A stretch of 55,977 nucleotides of DNA. Source: a virus. Taxonomy: Duplodnaviria; Caudoviricetes. Position numbers and translations under genes: made by a program. Location of the stretch: IMG/VR virus record IMGVR_UViG_3300021091_000089, positions 1-55,977 of that record, one strand, 5' to 3'. Positions 46,152 to 54,501 of the stretch are shown piece after piece (within the stretch, counting starts at the first letter, position 1; every line of letters starts with the position of its first letter). Under the pieces are notes generated by a model that made no database searches, was not told where the DNA came from, and was given only the letters and a program-made list of their open reading frames with translations.

Positions 46152-47084
46152 ATGCCTGAAAACAAATTTTCAAGTGAGCAAGAAGTACAAGAAGATAGTA
46201 TTGAGATTGAGACCGAAGAATCTGATATTGATCTTGAAATCGTAGACGACACGCCAGAAGAAGACCGTGGGCGTAAGCCTCTTGACCGGGATGTTAATGA
46301 CCCCAGTGATGAGGAAATTGCGGAATACAGCGACAAAGTCCAGAAACGGATGAAGGAGCTTACGCACGCACGTCACGACGAACGCCGTGCCAAAGAGTCA
46401 GCCTTACGGGAACGAGAAGAAGCTGTCCGTGTAGCGCAGAAACTGATTGAAGAAAATCGTGCACTGCGTCAAAACGTGAACACAAATCAGACCGTAGCCG
46501 TAGAAAGTATGAAGGCTCAGGCCGAAGCAGCGTTGGTCATGGCTCGTAAAAAGCTAAAAGAAGCCCAGGAAAACTATGACACTGACGCCATCATTGCTGC
46601 TCAAGAAGAACTGGCAGAGGCCAAATACCGGGCTGAAAGGATAAAAGACTACCGTCCTACCCCTTTACAAGAACCGAAACAAGAGGTATATAATCAGGAA
46701 ACTACGCCGCAAGTGCCTGTCCCAGACCAAAAAGCGTTGAGTTGGCAGCAACAAAACCAATGGTTTGGCGCAGATGAAGAAATGACCAGTCTCGCATTAG
46801 CGGTGCATAAGAAGTTGGTCGAATCGGGGGTTGACCCTCGCAGTGACGATTATTACGAGCGAGTAAACGCTCGCATGCGCGAAGTGTTTCCTAAATTCTT
46901 TGGAGAGACAAAAAAGGAACAACCGAGTAAACGTTCGGCTAACGTTGTAGCCGCTGTTACACGAACTGCAACTGGTAAAACCAGGGTTAAATTGACCAAG
47001 ACCCAAGAGGCGTTAGCCAGAAAATTTGGGTTAACCAACGAGCAGTACGCCAAAGAAGTCCTTAAACTTACATCGGAGTCCTAA
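46152..47084 (+). CDS. Capsid scaffolding protein (putative)
   Basis: Acidic N-terminus, KVQKRMKELT coiled coil, NQWFG motif, C-terminal ARKFGLTNEQYAK. Confidence 0.75.
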   Translation: MPENKFSSEQEVQEDSIEIETEESDIDLEIVDDTPEEDRGRKPLDRDVNDPSDEEIAEYSDKVQKRMKELTHARHDERRAKESALREREEAVRVAQKLIEENRALRQNVNTNQTVAVESMKAQAEAALVMARKKLKEAQENYDTDAIIAAQEELAEAKYRAERIKDYRPTPLQEPKQEVYNQETTPQVPVPDQKALSWQQQNQWFGADEEMTSLALAVHKKLVESGVDPRSDDYYERVNARMREVFPKFFGETKKEQPSKRSANVVAAVTRTATGKTRVKLTKTQEALARKFGLTNEQYAKEVLKLTSES

Positions 47085-47085
47085 A

Positions 47086-47562
47086 ATGTCTGAAAGAATT
47101 AGTCGTGATGGTACGCAAGAGCGTACGCCCAGAAACCTTCAAACACGTGAGAGTTCTGCTCGTAGCATGGAATACACCCCACCGAGCACTCTTCCTGATC
47201 CCACCCCACAACCGGGCTGGAATTTTCGATGGATTGCAACGTCTTTGTTAAATCAAGCGTTGCCCCAGAATGTTTCCAGAAAAACGCGTGATGGGTGGGA
47301 GCCGGTCAGAGCAACTGACCATCCCGAGCTAATGCTCGCAGGCGACAAAAATGGCAATGTTGAATTGGGTGGTTTAATGCTGTGCAAGATGCCTACAGAA
47401 CGTGTGGAATCTCGGACACATTTTTACCAACAAAAAAACACAGCCCAAGTGGAATCTGTTGATAACCACTTTATGCGTAACAATGATCCCCGTATGCCTT
47501 TGTTTAGCGAGAAAAAATCCGCTACGACTAGGGGTGTGGGGTTTGGTACTGGAACAAAATAA
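47086..47562 (+). CDS. Conserved head-module protein
   Basis: FRWIA, GWEPV and GGLMLCKMP motifs. Confidence 0.7.
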   Translation: MSERISRDGTQERTPRNLQTRESSARSMEYTPPSTLPDPTPQPGWNFRWIATSLLNQALPQNVSRKTRDGWEPVRATDHPELMLAGDKNGNVELGGLMLCKMPTERVESRTHFYQQKNTAQVESVDNHFMRNNDPRMPLFSEKKSATTRGVGFGTGTK

Positions 47563-47580
47563 CCTTTTTAGGAGTTAAAC

Positions 47581-48237
47581 ATGGCTTACCCTACTGTAGA
47601 CAAGCCTTACGGGCTTATTCCGATCAATCTGATCGGCGGTCAGGTGTTTGCTGGAGCTACCCGGAAGCGTCGTATTGCTAGTGGTTACAATACGAATATC
47701 TTCTTCGGTGATCTGGTAAAGCTGACCACTGACGGAACGATCGTTCTTGCTAATGAAACCTCTACTGGCCCTTCTACGGGTTTTGCTGGTGTTTTCCTTG
47801 GCTGCAACTTCATCAACTCTTCTACTAAGCAGTTGCAGTTTCAACAGTTTTATCCAGCCAATACGACGGCCCCTACTGGCACGTTCATTGAGGCTATTAT
47901 TGCTGATGATCCTGACACGCTGTTTAAGGTAGTTGTGGTATCCGGCACAACCGTTGTTACCGGCGTTCAGTACAGCGCCATTGGCGAAAATGCTGATCTT
48001 GTACAAAACGCAGGTTCAACGACTACTGGTAATTCGGCTGTTGCTATTAACGCAACTACCGGAACTGCTCGGACCAAACCAATCCGCATCGTGGATGTTG
48101 TTCCTGATACCTCTTACATTTCCAGTGGAAATGTTCTGTTCCCTGAGGTAATCGTCAAGATCAATGCTCCGTCTGTTGATGAAGATGGCGTACCGTCTGG
48201 CGGTCATATGTACAACAACCCGCTGGGTATTGCTTAA
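47581..48237 (+). CDS. Capsid decoration/cement-like protein
   Basis: 218 aa, beta-rich with PYGL.P, IFFGDLV and DDP motifs; directly before the capsid gene. Confidence 0.6.
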   Translation: MAYPTVDKPYGLIPINLIGGQVFAGATRKRRIASGYNTNIFFGDLVKLTTDGTIVLANETSTGPSTGFAGVFLGCNFINSSTKQLQFQQFYPANTTAPTGTFIEAIIADDPDTLFKVVVVSGTTVVTGVQYSAIGENADLVQNAGSTTTGNSAVAINATTGTARTKPIRIVDVVPDTSYISSGNVLFPEVIVKINAPSVDEDGVPSGGHMYNNPLGIA

Positions 48238-48248
48238 GGAGCTAAATC

Positions 48249-49157
48249 ATGGCTATTTCACGTGCACAACTGCTTAAAGAACTCCTTCCCGGCCTGAACG
48301 CCCTGTTTGGTCTGGAGTACGCTCGCTACGGCGAAGAGTACAAGGAGATTTACGAGACTGAGACTTCTGAGCGCTCGTTTGAAGAGGAAACCAAACTGTC
48401 TGGCTTCTCCGCCGCTCCGGTGAAGAACGAAGGCAGCGCAATTGCCTACGATAACGCGCAGGAAGCTTTCACTGCTCGCTATACCCACGAAACCATTGCT
48501 CTTGGATTCTCGCTGACTGAAGAGGCTATTGAGGACAACCTCTATGACTCCCTGTCATCGCGCTATACCAAGTCGCTGGCCCGTGCTATGGCGTACACCA
48601 AAGAGGTAAAAGGCGCATCCGTTCTCAACAACGGGTTTAGTGCTTCTTTTCCCGGTGGTGATGGTGTTCCTCTGTTCTCTACTGTTCACCCACTGATTTC
48701 TGGTGGCGTTAACAGCAACACCCCTGCGACCCCTGCAGATTTGAATGAAACTTCTCTTGAGAACGCCGTTATTCAAATTGCTGCATGGACTGATGAGCGC
48801 GGCCTGCTGATTGCGGCTAAACCGCGTAAGCTCATTATTCCTTCTGCGTTGCAGTTCGTGGCAACCCGTCTTCTTGAGACTGAACTCCGCGTCGGTACCG
48901 CTGACAACGACATCAATGCTCTGAAGAACAACGGTTCTATCCCTGGTGGTTACGCAATTAACCACTGGCTGACGGACACGGACGCATGGTTCCTGACCAC
49001 GGATGTTCCTAACGGTATGAAGCACTTTGTGCGGACTCCGCTGTCGAACTCAATGGATGGAGACTTCGATACAGGGAACGTTCGTTACAAGAGTCGCGAG
49101 CGCTACTCGTTCGGGTTCTCGGACCCGCTTGGAATGTTCGGAAGCCCCGGAGCCTAA
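48249..49157 (+). CDS. Major capsid protein (HK97 fold, Mu gpT-like family)
   Basis: 302 aa with strongly biased codons; EEAIEDNLY, DGVPLFS..HP, KLIIP and RERYSFG motifs; followed by a terminator. Confidence 0.9.
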   Translation: MAISRAQLLKELLPGLNALFGLEYARYGEEYKEIYETETSERSFEEETKLSGFSAAPVKNEGSAIAYDNAQEAFTARYTHETIALGFSLTEEAIEDNLYDSLSSRYTKSLARAMAYTKEVKGASVLNNGFSASFPGGDGVPLFSTVHPLISGGVNSNTPATPADLNETSLENAVIQIAAWTDERGLLIAAKPRKLIIPSALQFVATRLLETELRVGTADNDINALKNNGSIPGGYAINHWLTDTDAWFLTTDVPNGMKHFVRTPLSNSMDGDFDTGNVRYKSRERYSFGFSDPLGMFGSPGA

Positions 49158-49177
49158 GCTACATAAGGCTTTGCGAG

Positions 49178-49211
49178 AACCCCCGGTGTAAAAGCCGGGG
49201 GTTTTTGTTTT
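49178..49211 (+). terminator. Rho-independent terminator after the capsid gene
   Basis: AACCCCCGGT-GTAAAA-GCCGGGGGTT followed by TTTGTTTT. Confidence 0.88.
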
Positions 49212-49212
49212 C

Positions 49213-49241
49213 TTGCTTTTTGATTTTCTTTGTGATACATT
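49213..49241 (+). promoter_or_regulatory. Promoter of the HNH gene
   Basis: TTGCTT-N17-TACATT with an extended TG. Confidence 0.65.
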
Positions 49242-49269
49242 GCCTGTTACTAAGTCAAAGGAGATCAGC

Positions 49270-49872
49270 ATGGACTACAGTCAATACCCCACAAACCGCG
49301 CCGATGCCAAGGCTATTGGTGCTAAGTACTACTTCACGGGCGAACCTTGCAAACACGGGCACATAGCCTTAAGGAAGACAAAAGGGTCGTGCGTTGAGTG
49401 TTTAAAAGTTGAATGGCAACAAGCAGCCGAAAAACGCGCCGACTACTTTGTGCAGTACAACAAACGCGAAGACGTTAAAGACCGTAAACACGATTGGTAT
49501 CAGGACAATAAAGAACAAGTTATTGCCGCAGCATCAACACGGCCTCAACATGTAAAGCGGCAATACCAAACAGCTTGGAAAGAGCGAAATGTATTGTGGG
49601 TTCGGGCCGACACAAAGGCGCGTCGAAGAAAACACCGGCAGGCTACACCTCCTTGGTTAACAAGAAAGCAAAAGTCTGAGATACGACAGATTTACCAAAT
49701 AGCCATAACCATGTCTAAAACCACGGGGGAGCAGTACGTTGTAGACCATATCGTACCTTTACGTTCGGATGCGGTTTGTGGTCTGCACGTCCCTTGGAAC
49801 CTGCGGGTAATGACCCAAGAAGAAAACTTGAAGAAGTCAAACAAGCTTCTTGACTCCCCCCAAAATACCTGA
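49270..49872 (+). CDS. Free-standing HNH homing endonuclease
   Basis: YFTGEPCKHGH...CVEC N-terminal module and VDHIVPL...VCGLHVPWNL...EN..KSN; AAGGAG RBS before ATG 49270. Confidence 0.88.
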   Translation: MDYSQYPTNRADAKAIGAKYYFTGEPCKHGHIALRKTKGSCVECLKVEWQQAAEKRADYFVQYNKREDVKDRKHDWYQDNKEQVIAAASTRPQHVKRQYQTAWKERNVLWVRADTKARRRKHRQATPPWLTRKQKSEIRQIYQIAITMSKTTGEQYVVDHIVPLRSDAVCGLHVPWNLRVMTQEENLKKSNKLLDSPQNT

Positions 49873-49878
49873 TACAAA
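49850..49878 (+). promoter_or_regulatory. Promoter for the downstream virion genes, embedded in the HNH 3' end
   Basis: TTGACT-N17-TACAAA with an extended TG. Confidence 0.55.
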
Positions 49879-49885
49879 GAGAAAA

Positions 49886-49952
49886 CCAAGAAACCCACCC
49901 ATGCAGACTGGCTTGGCAGACTTAGTAGAGACTGTATGGGGATGTGCTACTA
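49886..49952 (+). ncRNA. Candidate structured 5' leader RNA with crossing helices
   Basis: CCAAG/CTTGG, CCCATGCAG/CTGTATGGG and TAGTAG/CTACTA pairings directly before the RBS. Confidence 0.5.
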
Positions 49953-49970
49953 CACGAAAGGACTATCGTC

Positions 49971-50510
49971 ATGGCACGTACTACTTTTCAGGGGCCAGTG
50001 CGGTCCCTTGGCGGCGTTTATCAACAAGGTGCGGATTCAGTTGTAGCAATTACTTCCAGCACTACACTTACTCCAGAAGAACACGGCGGACGGATTATTT
50101 CCGTTGGCGGCACGTTGGCGTCAAATCTTACTTTGACACTGCCAACAATTAATACCACGGCTAACGCTGCTTCTGCTGGCCCGGGGCCAGATCCTAATAC
50201 GCTGAACAATCAAGGCGTGGTCTACACCATCTGGATTCCTACCACAATTGCAACCTCATCGTTGAAGATTGGAACTGATGGAACAGACAAATATGTTGGT
50301 TCTGTGCTTTCAATAGATACCGATTCATCAGATGCTGCTCGTGGTTTTGTTTCAGGTGCTACAAATGACTTTATTAACTTTAACGGTGGCACCACTGGCG
50401 GTATTGCTGGGACATGGGTGCAGATTTTTGCCATAGCCGCATTAAAGTACATGGTTACCGGCGTAGCACTTGGATCAGGAACTGTAGCAACTCCGTTTGC
50501 TGACTCCTGA
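49971..50510 (+). CDS. Virion structural protein (putative head fibre/decoration)
   Basis: MARTTFQGPVRS start behind AAAGGA; Thr/Gly-rich beta protein ending ATPFADS. Confidence 0.65.
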   Translation: MARTTFQGPVRSLGGVYQQGADSVVAITSSTTLTPEEHGGRIISVGGTLASNLTLTLPTINTTANAASAGPGPDPNTLNNQGVVYTIWIPTTIATSSLKIGTDGTDKYVGSVLSIDTDSSDAARGFVSGATNDFINFNGGTTGGIAGTWVQIFAIAALKYMVTGVALGSGTVATPFADS

Positions 50511-50523
50511 TTAGGAGGCCAAC

Positions 50524-50829
50524 ATGGCTATGCAAACTGATGTACAGGCCAGTGTACCAATCACTGGTGATGGGTTATTTACTGACCAAGCGGCGAACAA
50601 CCTTGGCAGGACTCGGGTAAAAAGCATCTACATTGTGCCGGGGGGTTCAGCAGGAAGCGTGGTGTTTAAAGATGGCGGTTCAGGCGGTACAACCGTTATG
50701 ACTGTAAACACTGTTGCTTCCGCAATCCAACCAACGTATATACTGATGCCCGGTCAAGGTGTTTTGTTTACAACAAACGTCTATGCGGATGTGACAAACA
50801 TTGGTTCTGTCACAATTTTCTATGGCTAA
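50524..50829 (+). CDS. Small beta-rich virion protein
   Basis: 101 aa, AGGAGG RBS, ending VTIFYG. Confidence 0.65.
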   Translation: MAMQTDVQASVPITGDGLFTDQAANNLGRTRVKSIYIVPGGSAGSVVFKDGGSGGTTVMTVNTVASAIQPTYILMPGQGVLFTTNVYADVTNIGSVTIFYG

Positions 50830-51109
50830 GTCAAAGGGCATGGGTATAAATACTTCTGTGAAGTCGGGCAATTTTCGCCCGACCAAGCAGGGTGCCGGTA
50901 TGACTGAGAAAGGTGTAGCTGCCTATCGTCGTGCTAATCCCGGCTCTAAACTTTCAACCGCTGTCACAGAAGATAAACCTACAGGCAAACGTGCTGCTAG
51001 GCGTAAGTCTTTCTGTGCTCGTTCACTAGGCCAGATGAAGAAATTTCCCGAGGCCGCAAAAGATCCCAACAGCCGCATTCGACAGGCTAGAAAAAGGTGG
51101 AAGTGCTAA
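50822..51109 (+). CDS. Basic protein, DUF6321-like
   Basis: GAGMTEKGVAAYRRANPGSKL...RRKSFCARS...ARKRWKC; start trimmed to ATG 50822. Confidence 0.7.
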   Translation: MAKSKGMGINTSVKSGNFRPTKQGAGMTEKGVAAYRRANPGSKLSTAVTEDKPTGKRAARRKSFCARSLGQMKKFPEAAKDPNSRIRQARKRWKC

Positions 51110-51358
51110 ATGGAACTGATTAACTTTTTCTGGAACGGAGTTCTTACTTTGGCAGCGGCATTTTTTGCGCTGGTTAGCTATATGGCACAAGAAAAATTTA
51201 AAAAACTAGAACAGCTTGAACAAAGGCTTAACGACACTCGTGTGGAGGTAGCTCGTGATCACGTCACTAAAGAAGAAGTTCAACGCATTACTGAACACAT
51301 TGACGCAAGGTTTAACCGCCTTGAAGAGAAAATTGACCGACTTATTTCAAAGGGGTAA
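51110..51358 (+). CDS. Membrane-anchored coiled-coil protein
   Basis: N-terminal TM segment, then RLEEKIDRL. Confidence 0.7.
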   Translation: MELINFFWNGVLTLAAAFFALVSYMAQEKFKKLEQLEQRLNDTRVEVARDHVTKEEVQRITEHIDARFNRLEEKIDRLISKG

Positions 51359-51363
51359 ATAAA

Positions 51364-51522
51364 ATGCCAATTAACATCGTTCCAAAAACAGGCCCTGATA
51401 AAGACAAGCCCGTTGACGCCAAAGGAAAACCTGTAAAGAAAGCTAAAGGCGGTATGGTCTCAGCATCGAAAAGAGCTGATGGTATTGCCAAAAAAGGTAA
51501 GACAAGAGGGAAGATCTGCTAA
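51364..51522 (+). CDS. Small Lys-rich protein (52 aa, not in the ORF track)
   Basis: MPINIVPK...KKAKGGMVSASKRADGIAKKGKTRGKIC*; coupled to the next ATG. Confidence 0.75.
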   Translation: MPINIVPKTGPDKDKPVDAKGKPVKKAKGGMVSASKRADGIAKKGKTRGKIC

Positions 51523-52181
51523 TGTACTTAACCAGCAATATTCCGTACTTCAAATGCTGGGTAAGGAAAGAGTTTACAAATGGACACCAAAACTACCACG
51601 GGGAATACATACACGGGCTGGCAGTCGCAGTCACGACTATTCCTGATCGGTGCCTTGGGTTCCAAATTATTTTCACAGGGTGTGAAGCAGAAGGTGAGCC
51701 AAACCCCCACGGCGGGGCTATGTGGGCCAGGATGCCGATCACTGCTCTTGTGGGTGATATACCCCTTCAAGAGTGGCCTGAGCGGATGGAGACTCACCTG
51801 GCGCAGCCTTGGGACTGTAGCTCGTACAACCACGGGATCGTTAAGATCCAAAGAGCGCAACCTTCTCCTTGGTTATGCAAGATCAACAATGAATTTCATA
51901 CAGGGCGTTATCTGTTCACGGTGGACTATGCTGAGAGTGATGTTGCAGAAGACCCATCTCAGCACAAACAAAGTCATGTACTTATATTGACTGACGCAGG
52001 AAAATGGACGGGAAATGTAGTGGCGTTACCTAACAATCGAGTGCGAGTTACCAGCCCGGCCTATTGGGTCACTGGAGAAGGAGCACCTGATTTTAGACCG
52101 AGCCAATGGATTCATTGTGCAGAGCAGGACGATTCGTACATGGACCCCGAGGTGACTTTTAACAACTTGTATAAGGAGTAA
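51522..52181 (+). CDS. Conserved globular phage protein of unknown function
   Basis: 219 aa; NIP..CWVRKE, GAMWARMPI, PWDCSS, YLFTVD, HKQSH and PNNR motifs. Confidence 0.75.
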   Translation: MYLTSNIPYFKCWVRKEFTNGHQNYHGEYIHGLAVAVTTIPDRCLGFQIIFTGCEAEGEPNPHGGAMWARMPITALVGDIPLQEWPERMETHLAQPWDCSSYNHGIVKIQRAQPSPWLCKINNEFHTGRYLFTVDYAESDVAEDPSQHKQSHVLILTDAGKWTGNVVALPNNRVRVTSPAYWVTGEGAPDFRPSQWIHCAEQDDSYMDPEVTFNNLYKE

Positions 52182-52412
52182 GTGATGAAATCAAAAATGA
52201 TGGCTGGCGGTGGTATGGCTAAAATGGGTATGGGCGGCGGTGTGAAAGCCAAAATGGGTGTTTCTAAGATGAGCGCAGTAAAAACTGGTAAACCTGCTAT
52301 GGGTAGTGCTTCCAAGCGTGCTGATGGGGTTGCTGTAAAAGGCAAAACCAAGGGTAGGATGTTGGCTGGTGGTGGTAAAGCCAAGATGATGCGTAGCGGC
52401 GGAGCGTGCTAA
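52182..52412 (+). CDS. Small Lys/Met/Gly-rich protein
   Basis: Four xxGG units plus SASKRADGVAVKGKTKGR; AAGGAG RBS. Confidence 0.75.
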   Translation: MMKSKMMAGGGMAKMGMGGGVKAKMGVSKMSAVKTGKPAMGSASKRADGVAVKGKTKGRMLAGGGKAKMMRSGGAC

Positions 52413-52691
52413 ATGATTGCCTCGCGCGGGATGGGTGCTATCCGCAAATCCAAGATGCCTAAGGCTAAAAAGGGTAAGCGGAAAGACGGCGATACTTTTA
52501 CGATGTTTAAAGAGGGTGGTCAGTCTCGCGTCAATCAATCTGGCAATTACACGAAGCCAGAGCTACGCAAGAGGATCTTTAACCAAGTAAAAGCCGCCGC
52601 TACACACGGCACGGGTGCAGGCCAATGGTCGGCCCGTAAGGCTCAGCTAGTCGCCAAGAAGTACAAAGCTGCTGGTGGTGGCTACAAGTGA
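52413..52691 (+). CDS. Basic protein, DUF5872-like
   Basis: NYTKPELRKRI...GQWSARKAQLVAKKYKAAGGGY. Confidence 0.7.
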   Translation: MIASRGMGAIRKSKMPKAKKGKRKDGDTFTMFKEGGQSRVNQSGNYTKPELRKRIFNQVKAAATHGTGAGQWSARKAQLVAKKYKAAGGGYK

Positions 52692-52921
52692 AAGCTCCAC
52701 AACAAAGCCTTAAAGATTGGGGGGCGCAGAAATGGAGGACCAAGAGTGGTAAGAAATCTTCCGTTACAGGCGAGCGTTATTTACCAGAGAAAGCGATCCA
52801 ATCTCTATCTCCAGCAGAGTATGCAGCGACGACGCGAGCTAAAAGAGCTGGTAAAGCTAGTGGAAAGCAATTCGTTAAACAACCCAAATCAATCGCAGCA
52901 AAGACAAAGGGATTTCGATAA
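52688..52921 (+). CDS. Basic protein, DUF5872-like
   Basis: QQSLKDW..QKWRTKSG...ERYLPEKA...GKQFV. Confidence 0.7.
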   Translation: MKAPQQSLKDWGAQKWRTKSGKKSSVTGERYLPEKAIQSLSPAEYAATTRAKRAGKASGKQFVKQPKSIAAKTKGFR

Positions 52922-53181
52922 TGGCTAAACCGTTTCCAGACTTAAACAAAGACGGCGAAGTAACAAAAGCAGATGTGCTTATGGGCCGAGGTGTTATAGG
53001 TAAAAAGAAGGGCGGTTGGATTTCCAAGGCCATAAAGAAGCCCGGTGCCCTGCGTCAGTCTCTTGGCGTTAAAAAGGGTGAGAAGATTCCCGCTGGCAAA
53101 CTAGCTGCTGCCGCTAAGAAGCCCGGTAAGATGGGTCAGAGAGCGCGGTTAGCACAGACTTTAAAGGGGTTTAAGAAGTGA
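52921..53181 (+). CDS. Small Lys-rich protein with an EF-hand-like loop
   Basis: FPDLNKDGEVTKADVL, then KKGGWISKAIKKPGALR...RARLAQTL. Confidence 0.72.
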   Translation: MAKPFPDLNKDGEVTKADVLMGRGVIGKKKGGWISKAIKKPGALRQSLGVKKGEKIPAGKLAAAAKKPGKMGQRARLAQTLKGFKK

Positions 53182-53930
53182 CTACTTCCGGCTCAGCCAG
53201 CTTTAATCTTGACCTTAACGATATTGTCGAAGAGGCATACGAGAGAGTTGGCATTGAGGTACGCACAGGCTATGAGCACAGGACTGCACGGCGCAGTTTG
53301 AATTTGTTGTTTGCCGATTGGGCAAACCGGGGCATCAACCTGTGGACGATTGAGCAGGGGTCGCTCAATTTAACGCAAGGCGAGCCTACGTATGCGCTAC
53401 CCGTAGATACGGTAGACCTTTTAGAGCATGTCATTCGTACCGGCGCAGGCGATATTTCAACCCAGGCAGACCTGACAATCACGCGTATTAGTGTTTCTAC
53501 TTACGCCACAATCCCAAATAAACTTTCGCAAGGTCGACCTATTCAGGTCTGGATCAATCGGCAGACAGGGGCGGAATACCCCCCTGGAGGGCGTCCAGCA
53601 GGCACAAACCCCGCTACAGGTATCTTACCCCCCAACATCAACGTCTGGCCCACCCCAGACGGCTCACAGCCCTACCAATTCGTCTACTGGCGTATGCGGC
53701 GCATCCAAGATGCTGGCGGTGGCGTGAACACCCAAGACATTCCTTTTCGGTTTTTACCCTGTCTGGTGGCAGGATTGTCGTATTACTTGGCGCTCAAAGT
53801 CCCAGAGGCGTACAACCGGTTGGCTGATTTAAAAGTCATGTACGACGAGGCTTGGGAACTGGCTGCGTCTGAAGATCGTGAAAAAGCGCCGGATCGGTTG
53901 GTGCCACGTCGGATGTATATCAGCGGCTGA
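53178..53930 (+). CDS. Head-tail adaptor (P22 gp4 / tail tubular A-like)
   Basis: ARRSLNLLFADWANRG, GRP, VWPTPD and LVAGLSYYLA motifs. Confidence 0.75.
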   Translation: MTTSGSASFNLDLNDIVEEAYERVGIEVRTGYEHRTARRSLNLLFADWANRGINLWTIEQGSLNLTQGEPTYALPVDTVDLLEHVIRTGAGDISTQADLTITRISVSTYATIPNKLSQGRPIQVWINRQTGAEYPPGGRPAGTNPATGILPPNINVWPTPDGSQPYQFVYWRMRRIQDAGGGVNTQDIPFRFLPCLVAGLSYYLALKVPEAYNRLADLKVMYDEAWELAASEDREKAPDRLVPRRMYISG

Positions 53931-53931
53931 C

Positions 53932-54324
53932 ATGAGTAACAGATTTGCTTCCGGTAAAAATGCGATTGCGCAGTGTGATCGCTGCAACTTTCGTTTTCCG
54001 CTAAAAGAATTAACCACAATAACGGTCAAAACTAAAAACGTAAACTTGTTGGTTTGCAGTGAGTGCTGGGACCCAGACCACCCACAGTTACAGTTAGGAA
54101 TGTATCCGGTTTCAGACCCACAGGCTTTACGTAACCCCAGACCTGACTCAAACAGCTACATCACTTCTGGTGTAAACGTAGACGGAAACCCGTCTGGTGG
54201 TAGTAGAATCTTCCAATGGGGTTATGCTCCTGTAGGCGGTGCGAGAGCTAACGCTGACGGGCTTACACCGAACAATCTGGCGCTGGGCGTAACGCTTGGC
54301 ACTGTAACCGTAACAACTTCATAG
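53932..54324 (+). CDS. Zinc-ribbon protein of the head-completion module
   Basis: CDRC...VCSECWDPDHPQL...PRPD; start trimmed to ATG 53932. Confidence 0.72.
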   Translation: MSNRFASGKNAIAQCDRCNFRFPLKELTTITVKTKNVNLLVCSECWDPDHPQLQLGMYPVSDPQALRNPRPDSNSYITSGVNVDGNPSGGSRIFQWGYAPVGGARANADGLTPNNLALGVTLGTVTVTTS

Positions 54325-54333
54325 GAGTAAATC

Positions 54334-54501
54334 ATGGCAGACAAAAAAGCAATGCAAGCACTTAAAGAGCATGCCAATAAACCCGCTGGTGAGGCTCATA
54401 AAGGCCTGAAAAAAGGGGGCAAGACCAACCTCGACATGAAGAAGTACGGGCGTGGTATGGCTAAGGTGATGAACCAGCGGTCTTCCTCAAGGGGACGATA
54501 A
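54334..54501 (+). CDS. Small Lys-rich protein (55 aa, not in the ORF track)
   Basis: AGGAG RBS; MADKKAM...HKGLKKGGKTNLDMKKYGRGMAKVMNQ...*. Confidence 0.72.
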   Translation: MADKKAMQALKEHANKPAGEAHKGLKKGGKTNLDMKKYGRGMAKVMNQRSSSRGR

